DNA of 64,000 nt. Origin: an uncultured Eubacteriales bacterium. Lineage in GTDB: Bacteria; Bacillota; Clostridia; TANB77; CAG-508. The notes under the pieces are model-generated. The model saw only the letters and a program-made list of their open reading frames with translations, searched no databases and was not told the origin of the DNA. Of this stretch, positions 45,441 through 54,851 are shown piece by piece (within the stretch, counting starts at the first letter, position 1; every line of letters starts with the position of its first letter). The stretch covers positions 32,344 through 96,343 of the forward strand of contig CABUJR010000009.1 of assembly GCA_902492015.1 (NCBI GenBank), in the 5' to 3' direction. The translations under genes and the position numbers were made by a program.

Positions 45441-45505
45441 GAACAAAACTACACATTATATAATTGCAAAAAATAACTTCCTATGCAAATATTAAAGTTT
45501 TGTTC
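45441..45505. repeat. Dyad element copy B in the secG-rnr spacer
   Basis: GAACAAAACT...ACATTAT.TAATTGCAAAA...TATGCAAAT...AGTTTTGTTC. On the minus strand the hairpin is followed by UUUUU, 35 nt before the rnr ATG. Confidence 0.7.
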
Positions 45506-45552
45506 TAAGTTTCAAAATTTTTATATGTAAATTTTGTTTTTATATTATAAAT

Positions 45553-45582
45553 ATAAAAAGCAGTATTAAATAATACTGCTTC
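45553..45582 (-). terminator. Rho-independent terminator after secG
   Basis: Stem AAGCAGUAUUA/UAAUACUGCUU followed by UUUUAU on the minus strand. Confidence 0.8.
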
Positions 45583-45597
45583 TACTTTATATTAATC

Positions 45598-45846
45598 TTA
45601 AACAACATATATAATTCCTAAAGCAATTGTTAGAACAGCAAAAACAATCATTAATGTAATTGTTGCTCTCTTCATTCTTCCTTCTGTTGTTTTTCCTTTA
45701 TTTTTTTCATAAAAATTATTTGCAGAAGCACCAACAATAGTTCCTGAAGCTCCACCATCTTCTTTAGATTGTTTAAATACTAAGACTACTAAAGCTGCAC
45801 ATACTATTGCATATATTCCCATTATAATATATTTTACTATTTCCAT
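45598..45846 (-). CDS. secG: Preprotein translocase subunit SecG
   Basis: 82 aa with two TM helices around a Gly-rich loop (KEDGGASGTIVGAS). Shows the typical secG-rnr linkage. Confidence 0.85.
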   Translation of the reverse strand: MEIVKYIIMGIYAIVCAALVVLVFKQSKEDGGASGTIVGASANNFYEKNKGKTTEGRMKRATITLMIVFAVLTIALGIIYVV

Positions 45847-45989
45847 TTCCGCATGACCTCCAATTTTCTTCCGTTTGTTAACTATTATAGTTTACCATAT
45901 CAAAAAATAAAAATCAATTATTTTTAGCAAAAATTATAAAATAATATGACAATCTGCTCTTATTTATATGAAATATCTTTAGTTTTTAT

Positions 45990-46877
45990 TTAATTTTTAT
46001 ACCATGCTTTTACTATATCTGTTGGTATTTTAAGATTTCCTTTTCCCTTTCCCATTGATATAAGTGGTTTATTATCTCCATGATAATCACTTCCACCACT
46101 TTTAAACAACTTATTTTTATCACAATATTTATTTAAATACTCTATATTTTCTTCTGAAAAATCACTATGGTAACATTCTAACCCATCTATCTCATAATTA
46201 TTTACAAGTTCATCTAATTCTTCCTTAATATTTTTCATCCATTTATATATAAATATATGTGGCAAAAATACTAATCCATCACAAGCTTTAATTGCATCAA
46301 CTGCTTCTTTAACACTTGGATAATCTTCTGATTTATCTAAATACCATATCGTTTTTGAATTACAATAATATTTTTTAGAAAAAGTTTGCACACCTTCGTT
46401 CCAAAAATCTTCTGGTAATTTTGCTTCATTTTCCTTATGTTTTTTTATTTCATCATATATAGTTTTTCCTCCCCAATCATTTTCAGGATTCCATACGATT
46501 TCAGTTCTTGGTGTCATCACCAAATTTAATCTTTCACATACATCATATAATTTATTAAAATATTTTATTTCTATAGTTTTTCTGTCTTTATCTTTGTAAT
46601 ATTCTTCTACCCATTTTTTCATTTTTTCATAATCATAGTTATATCCTAATACTTCTATTGTACTTCCTTTATAAAAACATTTTATTTCAATTCCTTTAAT
46701 AATTTTTCCAGAATAATATTCATTTATATCAATATCTTTTAATTCTTCGTAAGCTAAACATTTATCATGATCAGTAATTGAAATATAATCTAATTTTAAA
46801 TCTTCTGCTTGTTTTAAAATTTCTTTAACTGTCTTTGTTCCATCTGAATGTGTAGTATGTAAATGTAAATCAATCAT
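45990..46877 (-). CDS. PHP-domain phosphoesterase (TrpH/YciV-like)
   Basis: IDLHLHTTHSDG, ITDHD and GGSDYHG motifs. Start set at MIDLHLH because GGAGAGG lies upstream and the ATG is 1 nt after the zeta-family gene's stop. Confidence 0.75.
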   Translation of the reverse strand: MIDLHLHTTHSDGTKTVKEILKQAEDLKLDYISITDHDKCLAYEELKDIDINEYYSGKIIKGIEIKCFYKGSTIEVLGYNYDYEKMKKWVEEYYKDKDRKTIEIKYFNKLYDVCERLNLVMTPRTEIVWNPENDWGGKTIYDEIKKHKENEAKLPEDFWNEGVQTFSKKYYCNSKTIWYLDKSEDYPSVKEAVDAIKACDGLVFLPHIFIYKWMKNIKEELDELVNNYEIDGLECYHSDFSEENIEYLNKYCDKNKLFKSGGSDYHGDNKPLISMGKGKGNLKIPTDIVKAWYKN

Positions 46878-46878
46878 A

Positions 46879-47874
46879 TTATTTTTCCTCTCCTTCTTTT
46901 TCCTTTTCTTTTCTAACAGATAATTCAATTATTGACTCTAATTTTTTAAGTTCTTCATTTTCTTCTTCAGTCATACCAAATCCTTCCATCTTCTCTCTGA
47001 TTTGCTTTACTCTTTCTTCATAACCAGAAACATGTTCTTTAAAATTTTTAACTCTAAGTTCCCTCATAGCTCCAATGGCATTCCCAAATCTTTTCACATT
47101 ACTCGAATTTAAACTATCATACTCCAAATTTGGAAAATCTATTTCTCTTTTTCCTCTAGAGTGAACTAACATTCTTATATTTCTTTTTTCTAGTTCAGGT
47201 ATAATTTTATCTAATGCATAGTATCTTTTATCATGTGCTGCAACACTAACTAACCTTGCAACTCCTCCCACTTCTTTCATTTTTATATATCTTTCAAAAT
47301 CTGACAATAAAGATTCTTCTCTTGGTACTGCCATTAAAGTTACCCATAAATCATGTACTTTACTTTCTTCCATCTGATCTAATGCTAGTGTATCTCCTAA
47401 TGTATTTTCTATTATAATACTTTGTTTTTGTTTTATTGATTCTTCTATTAAATCTTTTCTCATTTCTTTTACTACTGGATCTGTAAGTTCAGAAGCACTT
47501 TCTGGAAAATCCATAGCGATTTTATAACTTCCTGGAACGCAAAATCTATAAAAATCTGCATTATTAACTACAGCATCCATTTGATAAAGAGTTCTTAAAA
47601 CACCTTTGTACATTGGTAATAAAGCTGATTTTCCAGCGCCAGGTTGTCCACCTGTAATTACTGCTATTGGTTTTCTTTTATCAGAAACTTTGCTTTTTGA
47701 AGACTTTGTTTCCAATTTAGCTAAAATTGCACAAAATGGTTGATAATATTTTTGAATATAATCTTTCCATTCATCAACTGTTGTAATACTACCTGAAATA
47801 TCTTCCATTCTCTTATCTATTGTGTAACTAAAATTATTAGTTTCTGCTTTTTTTACTACTTTACTATTTTCCAT
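46879..47874 (-). CDS. Zeta-toxin-family P-loop kinase with a charged C-terminal tail
   Basis: The Walker A ITGGQPGAGKSAL is nearly identical to the zeta/PezT GGQPG(A/S)GK(S/T) motif. 331 aa. Overlaps the upstream small ORF by 11 nt. Confidence 0.7.
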   Translation of the reverse strand: MENSKVVKKAETNNFSYTIDKRMEDISGSITTVDEWKDYIQKYYQPFCAILAKLETKSSKSKVSDKRKPIAVITGGQPGAGKSALLPMYKGVLRTLYQMDAVVNNADFYRFCVPGSYKIAMDFPESASELTDPVVKEMRKDLIEESIKQKQSIIIENTLGDTLALDQMEESKVHDLWVTLMAVPREESLLSDFERYIKMKEVGGVARLVSVAAHDKRYYALDKIIPELEKRNIRMLVHSRGKREIDFPNLEYDSLNSSNVKRFGNAIGAMRELRVKNFKEHVSGYEERVKQIREKMEGFGMTEEENEELKKLESIIELSVRKEKEKEGEEK

Positions 47875-48067
47875 TATTGTGTACTTCCTCCTTTAGCTGT
47901 TTTCCATATTCTGTTATTACTTTATTTATAGTGTCTTCATCTCCAGAATATACTAAATCTCTTTCTTTCAAGAGTTCTTTCATTTTTTGTGCATTAAACA
48001 TATTTTTTGAAAATTCCATTGCTAATATTTCTGTTGCAACAGAAATGTCTTTGGTATTGATTTTCAT
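47864..48067 (-). CDS. Small protein upstream of the zeta-family kinase (antitoxin candidate)
   Basis: 67 aa, helical and acidic. Its stop overlaps the kinase start (ATGGAAAATAG). No recognisable family. Confidence 0.5.
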   Translation of the reverse strand: MKINTKDISVATEILAMEFSKNMFNAQKMKELLKERDLVYSGDEDTINKVITEYGKQLKEEVHNNGK

Positions 48068-48279
48068 AAGCTGTCTTCCTTTCTAAATTTATTTTTATAA
48101 ATACTATCATAGTAAAAAAAACCACTCAATAATTTTCACCAGCATTTCATTTTTCTAAACTTTTTTTCATTTTCTAGTCATAAATAATTCAATAAAATTT
48201 TACATTTTTTATAATTTACTGAACTTTAAAGTCAATTTTTCATAATATATATTATATAAACTAAAAAGGAGGTTTTTTT

Positions 48280-48615
48280 ATGCGTAATTGTAATCGAAGA
48301 TGTAATTGGAATTCAAGTCGTAATTCAAATTATAGAAACAGCATGAATTCTTGCAGATGTCAAAATTTTGGAAATTGCTGTAATTCTGGAATTTATGCTG
48401 ATATATGTAATAATAACACTACTTCATCTGTCTTTCCTGAAAACTATTTGTATGGTCATGCTTATACACCAAACCAGACAATGACAAATATATTTGTTCC
48501 TGAAATTGGACTAAATAATGGAACTATTTTTCCTGAATTAGTTAGTCCTTACTCACCAGGGCAATCTATGGACTTTATTAACTATTTAAGAGAAGGAGGT
48601 GTTCATTGTGAATAA
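48280..48615 (+). CDS. cotJA: Spore coat-associated protein CotJA with a Cys/Asn/Arg-rich N-terminal extension
   Basis: The C-terminal half (YGHAYTPNQTMTNIFVPEIGLNNGTIFPELVSPY) matches the CotJA signature. A strong RBS AAAGGAGG is present. Confidence 0.8.
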   Translation: MRNCNRRCNWNSSRNSNYRNSMNSCRCQNFGNCCNSGIYADICNNNTTSSVFPENYLYGHAYTPNQTMTNIFVPEIGLNNGTIFPELVSPYSPGQSMDFINYLREGGVHCE

Positions 48616-48877
48616 TTGCTCTTGTAATAATATGAATAAAGAAAAAATGCTTCAAGAAATAATGAGTCTAAACTTTGCAGTTAATGATTTGGTTTTATAT
48701 TTAGACACACATCCTTGTGATCAAAGAGCAATTTGTATGCACAATGAATATAGTGAAAAAGTTGTTGCTCTTACTGAAGAATATCAAAGATTATATGGTC
48801 CATTAACTGTTAATTTCACTTCTGATACTTGGGATTGGATTGACGAGCCATGGCCTTGGGAAAGGGGGGCTTATTAA
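48599..48877 (+). CDS. cotJB: Spore coat protein CotJB
   Basis: LQEIMSLNFAVNDLVLYLDTHP...EEYQRLYGPLT and WPWE are typical of CotJB. Confidence 0.85.
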   Translation: MFIVNNCSCNNMNKEKMLQEIMSLNFAVNDLVLYLDTHPCDQRAICMHNEYSEKVVALTEEYQRLYGPLTVNFTSDTWDWIDEPWPWERGAY

Positions 48878-49488
48878 TGTATTATTATGTAAAAAGTTTA
48901 CAATATCCAATAAATATAAAATGTAGAAATCCAAAACTTGCTAAAAATATAATTTCACAATATGGTGGTCCTGATGGAGAACTTGGAGCTTCTCTTAGAT
49001 ATTTATCTCAAAGGTTTGGAATGCCAGATCAAAAATCAAAAGCAATATTAAATGATGTTGGAACTGAAGAATTAGCACATTTAGAAATGGTTGGTACTTT
49101 GGTTCACCAATTAACAGACGGAGCAAGTGCTGAAGAACTAATGCAAGCAGGTATGGGAGACTATTATACAGATCATGGCTGGGGTGTTTATCCTCAAGCT
49201 GCTGCAGGTTATCCATATACAGCTGCAAGTATGGCTGTAAAAGGAGACCCTGTTGCAGATTTAACAGAGGACTTGGCTGCTGAGCAAAAAGCTCGTGCAA
49301 CTTATGAAAAACTTATAGATATTTGTAAAGATGACAAAGACGTTGTTGATGTTTTACGATATTTAAGAGAACGTGAAGTTGTTCATTTTCAAAGATTTGG
49401 AGAAGCATTAAACGACGTTCAAGAAAAATTATATCAAAAAAATAAATTTTATATGAATAATTGTAATGGAAATTATAACTATAGATAA
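48877..49488 (+). CDS. cotJC: Spore coat protein CotJC (manganese catalase family)
   Basis: YGGPDGELGASLRYLSQRF, EELAHLEMV and EVVHFQRFGEAL blocks. Start set at MYYYVKSLQYP, overlapping the cotJB stop (TAATG). Confidence 0.88.
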   Translation: MYYYVKSLQYPINIKCRNPKLAKNIISQYGGPDGELGASLRYLSQRFGMPDQKSKAILNDVGTEELAHLEMVGTLVHQLTDGASAEELMQAGMGDYYTDHGWGVYPQAAAGYPYTAASMAVKGDPVADLTEDLAAEQKARATYEKLIDICKDDKDVVDVLRYLREREVVHFQRFGEALNDVQEKLYQKNKFYMNNCNGNYNYR

Positions 49489-49551
49489 AATTTAAATAAT
49501 AAAATATTTAAATTTTATATTAATTAAATAAGGTATAAATTTTATTTTTAT

Positions 49552-49620
49552 AAATACACCTTGCAATCAGTATGATTATAATCTATAACATGCTCTTGTC
49601 TAGGTGTATTTCAAATATTT
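49552..49620 (+). terminator. Possible terminator hairpin after cotJC
   Basis: 10-bp stem AAATACACCT/AGGTGTATTT with a 40-nt loop, followed by CAAATATTTTT. The geometry is weak. Confidence 0.3.
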
Positions 49621-49696
49621 TTCTAATTTATTTTTAAAAATTATTGCCTAAAAAAATAATACATTATATAATTTATTTGATTTGGAGAAATGTTAT

Positions 49697-51433
49697 ATGA
49701 AAAAAAGAAACAGTAATAAATTAAATAATAAATTTAATTCTAAAACTTCTGATATTACCTCAAATACTAATGTTAATAGTATTAGTATCATTAGCGATAA
49801 AAATACCGATAACCTTACTAATAACAAGTTACAGAAATTGACAAATTTTTTTCTTAAACACGGCACGCTAATAATTTCTATAATCGTTGGTCTTATTGGT
49901 CTTTTATCAATTTTTATAACTGCATATTTTAATTCTACTTTTTATCATCCTGAGGAAAAGACTTCTTTTAAGTTTAGTTTTGGAATTATAGAAATTGTTT
50001 TAACTATTTTTGTGACAATATTAATTTTAATAATAAACAGGAAAATACTAAAAAAAATACCTTCTACTCTTATTTTAATTCCTATTAGTATAGTATCTCT
50101 TATATTATACTTTTACTGGGTAAATGCACTAAAATTAAATCCTGAAACTGATCAAAAGTTAATTCATGAAATGGCTCTTACCCTTTTAAGTGGAAATATT
50201 GGAAATTATAATGATATTTCTCAATACCTATTTTTATATCCATATCAATTTGCATTAACTTTTGTTATTTCTTTGATTTACAAAATATTTGGAGAAAACT
50301 TTTTATATGTGCAATACCTAAACTGTATATGTTCTTTTATTAATATGTTTTTGATTTTTTATATTTCAAAAATAATTTTTAAAAAAGAGAATATTCAAAA
50401 AATTTTAGCTTTATTAATTGGTGGATTTTCTCTTTACTGGATGTTTTTTAATGTTCATTTTTATGGGAACATTATTGGATTAACATTAGCCCTTACATCA
50501 ATTTTATTTACACTTTTATATCTAGATAAAAGAAGCTTTTACTTTTTAATCCCTGCTGGAATTTTTTCTTGTTTAGCAATATTAATAAAGACTAATTATT
50601 TTATATTTTTGTGTGCAATTATTTTAATTTTACTTTTAGATATAATAAAAAAATGGAACTATAAATTTTTATTAATCTTTCCAATTTTTATATTTTCCTT
50701 TTTTATAATAAATTTTGGATATAAACAAATTGTAAAATACTATAATATTAATGATTCTTCTGGTGTTCCTATGATTAATTATATTTATATGGGAATGGCT
50801 CCACAAACTAGTCTATCTCCTGGTTGGTATACTGGAGATAATGTCAAAATTTATACAGATAGCAATTTTAACAAAGAAAAAAATAATGAAATAGTTTCAG
50901 AATTAATCTCTAATAGATTAAATTATTTTATAAAAAATCCAAAAGAATTTCTTACTTATTACGCTCAAAAAATTGGATCAACTTGGCTTAATCCTACTTT
51001 TCAAACTATATGGTGTTCTCTTCCTGGAACACGTTATAGATGGTATCCAGAATATGCTCATTATTTAGGATACCATGAAAAAGTATTAAGTATGGTTGGA
51101 GGAAATTTATATAAAATAGAAGAAAATTACTGTAATATATATCAAATATTAATATTTATTTTTGCAAGTTTAGGAATATTTAAAATAAAATCAAATACTG
51201 ATAATTTAAAACTATATTTAATACCAATAACTTTTTTAGGTGGATTTTTGTTTCATATATTATGGGAAACTAAAGCAATTTATGTTGTTCAATATTATTT
51301 TATCTTGCTACCTTATTCCGCTTTTGGCATAGATTATTTATACGAAAAATTATTTAAAACGAAAATTAAAAAATCTAAACAGCCTTTAAAAAACGATAAT
51401 AATAATAACGATACTACTGCTGACAATACATAG
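49697..51433 (+). CDS. GT-C fold membrane glycosyltransferase-like protein (ArnT/PMT-like)
   Basis: About 578 aa with many TM helices. Start set at MKKRNSNK because TGGAGAA lies 8 nt upstream. The track's start is a TTG within the RBS. Confidence 0.5.
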   Translation: MKKRNSNKLNNKFNSKTSDITSNTNVNSISIISDKNTDNLTNNKLQKLTNFFLKHGTLIISIIVGLIGLLSIFITAYFNSTFYHPEEKTSFKFSFGIIEIVLTIFVTILILIINRKILKKIPSTLILIPISIVSLILYFYWVNALKLNPETDQKLIHEMALTLLSGNIGNYNDISQYLFLYPYQFALTFVISLIYKIFGENFLYVQYLNCICSFINMFLIFYISKIIFKKENIQKILALLIGGFSLYWMFFNVHFYGNIIGLTLALTSILFTLLYLDKRSFYFLIPAGIFSCLAILIKTNYFIFLCAIILILLLDIIKKWNYKFLLIFPIFIFSFFIINFGYKQIVKYYNINDSSGVPMINYIYMGMAPQTSLSPGWYTGDNVKIYTDSNFNKEKNNEIVSELISNRLNYFIKNPKEFLTYYAQKIGSTWLNPTFQTIWCSLPGTRYRWYPEYAHYLGYHEKVLSMVGGNLYKIEENYCNIYQILIFIFASLGIFKIKSNTDNLKLYLIPITFLGGFLFHILWETKAIYVVQYYFILLPYSAFGIDYLYEKLFKTKIKKSKQPLKNDNNNNDTTADNT

Positions 51434-51467
51434 CTTTTTATAAAGTTTATAAAAAATCATTTTGCAT

Positions 51468-51516
51468 AAAAAGCATGAAACTGTACTTCATTTTTTATAG
51501 TTTCATGCTTTTTTAT
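51468..51516. terminator. Bidirectional rho-independent terminator between convergent genes
   Basis: Stem AGCATGAAACT/AGTTTCATGCT flanked by an A run and a T run. Confidence 0.8.
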
Positions 51517-51588
51517 ATAATATGAAAATTCTCTTAACTTTCTATTTGTTATTATATTATACTCTATTTTTTATCTTTTCTATCAAAA

Positions 51589-53364
51589 CTATTCTACAAT
51601 TATAGCTTGTGAAAATAAAGTTTTCCAGTTACTAATAAATTTACTTCTACTTTGTTTTACATTTTTTCCAGCTGATGGATCATTTAGATAAACATAATTT
51701 TCATCAAATCCTACCAAAACTGCACAATGTTCGCCAACTAATTCTTGAAAACTTCCACTACCATCTTCATAATTCCACACAACTCCTTTAGTCAAGTTAC
51801 CTCCATTTTTTACACACCAAACTACTACAGGATTACCTTTACTTACTTGATTAAATAATTCATTTTCTGAAGATCCAGATATATTCTTCACTCTAGAACC
51901 AGCATATACTTGCATTGCTTCAGCTATTGGTTTTGCAAAAACTCCATAAGAACCTTTGCTTAATCCCCTGCTTGGATGTCCAACAAACTCTTCAAAAGGA
52001 TTTGCACCATACCATAATCCATCTTGACCTTTGTATTTCTTGCTCCCATTTTTTGTATTATCAATAATATTTTGTACAGAAACATCATATCCTTTATATT
52101 TTAGTAACATAGCTGCAGAAACAGCTTCACATCCTGTTGGATATCCCAAAGAAATTTGATTTAAATATGGCACATTTTTTATATGATAACTTGTAATAAT
52201 ATTATCACTAGATATTTCAAATGTATCATCAGTATTTAATGGTTTTTCATCCAAATAATAATTTGATTTTATTAGTGTATATCCAACTATTCCATCTGAA
52301 TTTCTAACTTTTTTCCAACCATTTTTACTGTCTTGAAGAAATTCTATTTCTTCATATCTTTTTGTAGTTGCTAAAATTTCATAGTCTGTACTTCCTCCAG
52401 TTCTTATATTGTAATTACCATTAGCAAACTTTTTAACATTATCTGGAGCTGTTTTTTCTACTCTTATATTACAAATTGCCTTTTTTTCTCCCTCATCTGT
52501 ACTAGCTGTTATTGTGGCAGATCCTTCTCCTACTGCTTTTATTTTTCTATTTTTAATGGTTACAACACCATTATCTGAACTTTCCCAATTAACATCTGTA
52601 AAAGTTGCCTCAAGTGGTGTAATTTTTGAATTTATAATATATTCTTGTCCTTTTCCTAGTGTAACTTCTGTATCATCTAATTGAATTTTATCTACTGGTA
52701 TTTTAGTTACCTCAATATCAAATGTTTTTAAAACATTTTCTTTATAATCTTTTATTTGTATAGTACTTTTTCCTATAGCATTTGCAATTATATTTCCATC
52801 TGTATCTATATTCAATATATTAATATCACTTGACTCATATTGTAATTCTTGATAAGTCGCATTTTCAGGCAAGACCTTTATATTTAATTTATGAACATTA
52901 CCAAGTTCAATAGTTTCTACTAAATTTTGAATTTCAACTTCTTTTATATTTATTAAACACTCTATCTCAATTTTATTACTTTTCAATTTTTCATTTTCTG
53001 CATAAATTATAGTTTTACCTATTGACTTTCCTATTAATTTGCCTTCTTTTATTTCAGCTACTTCTGTATTCGAACTTTTCCAAACTAAGTCGTTTTCATC
53101 AGAGATTCTACTTTTGTTTTCAGGAAAGAATTTTACATTAATATCTAGATTTTCACCAATTTCAATCTCTGATTTTTCAACAGAAATTTCGATTTGCTCT
53201 ACTCTATTCTGTTTAATTAATTTGTTTAAATTTGGTATAATGAAGCATTTTAAAGAAACCAAAATAGTGCAAATAATAAGAATAAATAAAATTACTTTTT
53301 TTATATTTAATTTTCTATGATCTTTTATCATGTTTTTTTTACCTATTGCCACATTTACCTCCAT
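51589..53364 (-). CDS. Membrane-anchored or secreted protein: three Big_2 Ig-like repeats, an SH3b-like domain and a C39-like cysteine peptidase domain
   Basis: N-terminal TM helix. Repeated W(K/E)SSxxxVAxI...GxxxI motifs. NIRTGGSTDYEIL...GWKKV is SH3-like. GYPTGCEAVSAAMLL carries the Cys and GEHCAVLVGFD the His. Confidence 0.65.
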   Translation of the reverse strand: MEVNVAIGKKNMIKDHRKLNIKKVILFILIICTILVSLKCFIIPNLNKLIKQNRVEQIEISVEKSEIEIGENLDINVKFFPENKSRISDENDLVWKSSNTEVAEIKEGKLIGKSIGKTIIYAENEKLKSNKIEIECLINIKEVEIQNLVETIELGNVHKLNIKVLPENATYQELQYESSDINILNIDTDGNIIANAIGKSTIQIKDYKENVLKTFDIEVTKIPVDKIQLDDTEVTLGKGQEYIINSKITPLEATFTDVNWESSDNGVVTIKNRKIKAVGEGSATITASTDEGEKKAICNIRVEKTAPDNVKKFANGNYNIRTGGSTDYEILATTKRYEEIEFLQDSKNGWKKVRNSDGIVGYTLIKSNYYLDEKPLNTDDTFEISSDNIITSYHIKNVPYLNQISLGYPTGCEAVSAAMLLKYKGYDVSVQNIIDNTKNGSKKYKGQDGLWYGANPFEEFVGHPSRGLSKGSYGVFAKPIAEAMQVYAGSRVKNISGSSENELFNQVSKGNPVVVWCVKNGGNLTKGVVWNYEDGSGSFQELVGEHCAVLVGFDENYVYLNDPSAGKNVKQSRSKFISNWKTLFSQAIIVE

Positions 53365-53475
53365 AATTAAAGTAAATTTATTATTAAAATCTTATATATA
53401 TATTGTCATAAAATTGCAAAAAGTTACAACTCAATTATTTTTATACTATTTATATTAATAATTATATATAAACTT

Positions 53476-53519
53476 AAAAAAAGAAACAAGCAGTCTCAAA
53501 ATATCTTTTGAAACTGCTT
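53476..53519 (-). terminator. Rho-independent terminator after the 53555-53980 gene
   Basis: Minus strand has the stem AAGCAGUUUCAAAA/UUUUGAGACUGCUU followed by GUUUCUUUUUUU. Confidence 0.75.
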
Positions 53520-53554
53520 ATTATGTTTTACACCAATTCGGCACTCTGCTACTT

Positions 53555-53980
53555 TTACTTCATTATGATCTTGACAGCCACAGTCTTGTTTGCCCATGGC
53601 TTATGTGCTTCACCTTCTAAACAGATTTCCCCCTTATATGGTTCCTCTGCCGCAACATAGAGTTCTTCCGTTCCCGCCGGATGGTCGTGAAGTGGGATTT
53701 CTCCATTCGTAGTATCAAGATATTCAATATTTACTTTGTAATTGTACTCATGAATATCAATACTGTCAAAATAGTGGAGAACCCCAGGATCGTCTCCCGG
53801 TTTGGGTTCAAGGTCTTTTTCATCGAATTCAACCTGCATTTCAATATCTGGTGAAAAAACCATGATTTCACCTCTTGTGAATTCGACTACTTTCCGTTTA
53901 AAGTCAGCCCTATAAGAGCCAAACTCTGGAAAGAAGATTACTACGTTTTTAGGATCTTTCACAAATACCTTAAAAATCAT
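53555..53980 (-). CDS. Hypothetical protein, possibly cupin-like
   Basis: 141-aa ORF, clearly richer in G+C than its surroundings by eye. PLHDHPAGTEELYV resembles cupin motif 1. Confidence 0.55.
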   Translation of the reverse strand: MIFKVFVKDPKNVVIFFPEFGSYRADFKRKVVEFTRGEIMVFSPDIEMQVEFDEKDLEPKPGDDPGVLHYFDSIDIHEYNYKVNIEYLDTTNGEIPLHDHPAGTEELYVAAEEPYKGEICLEGEAHKPWANKTVAVKIIMK

Positions 53981-54143
53981 ATCTTGCCCTCCTGTTTCTT
54001 ATTAAGGTTAGTAGCTTCTAAGCTTTTCGCTTATATCTATTATAGCATAATTTTTTTATTAAATAAAGTATAGGATTTTTTCAAAAATATAGTAGCTAAT
54101 AAAGCATCTTATATTTAAATCACTTTACTAACTACTTTACATT

Positions 54144-54770
54144 CTATCTTATAAAACTTGTTTTTTGTGTAACATTATTAGGATGGTTAATATTATTTTT
54201 CTTTCCAGCTTCAATACAATTTAAAAGCCATGCCATATTTTTTCCTAAATTATACATAGTTTGCATTCCTTCTAAATCTTGCACAGTTTCTTCTGGATTG
54301 TTACCATGAATATTGTTCCAATAAGTTGAAGATACTATTGGCATTTGGCTTATTGTAAAATATTTGTTTAAAACATCAAAAGATGCTGTTGTTCCACCTC
54401 TTCTCGCACTTGCAATACTTGCGCCTGGTTTAAATTCAAAATTCTTTTTGCCTGCATAAAAAACTCTATCTAATACAGATAGTATTCTTCCTGTTGGATG
54501 TGCATAATATACTGGTGTTCCAAAAATAAACCCATCACTTGTTTTAGCTTTTTCTATAATTTCATTTGCTATATCATCAAATACACATTTTCCTTGATGC
54601 CCTTCTTTAAAACAAGTTTTACAACCAATACAATCTGCGGTTGCTTTATTTCCTAAATGAATTATCTCTGTTTCAATATTTTCTTCATTTAAACTTTCAG
54701 CAACCTTGCTTAATGCAGTATATGTACAACTCTTTTCATTTGGACTACCATTAATCAATAAAACTTTCAT
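54144..54770 (-). CDS. Flavodoxin-like NAD(P)H-dependent FMN reductase / iron-sulfur flavoprotein-like
   Basis: VLLINGSP N-terminus, Cys cluster CIGCKTCF...C and FGTPVYY. Confidence 0.7.
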   Translation of the reverse strand: MKVLLINGSPNEKSCTYTALSKVAESLNEENIETEIIHLGNKATADCIGCKTCFKEGHQGKCVFDDIANEIIEKAKTSDGFIFGTPVYYAHPTGRILSVLDRVFYAGKKNFEFKPGASIASARRGGTTASFDVLNKYFTISQMPIVSSTYWNNIHGNNPEETVQDLEGMQTMYNLGKNMAWLLNCIEAGKKNNINHPNNVTQKTSFIR

Positions 54771-54851
54771 ATCAAACCTCCACTTTTTATATTTTATTAA
54801 TTTTTTTTATTTTTATGTAAAAATTAAATCATAATATAAAATTTTTATAGA

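Noticed and set aside
48068-48279. A sigma-E or sigma-K sporulation promoter upstream of cotJA.
   Set aside because: A CATAATAT box lies about 25 nt upstream of the RBS. I could not find a convincing -35 at the right spacing, and in DNA this AT-rich such matches arise by chance. No call is made.
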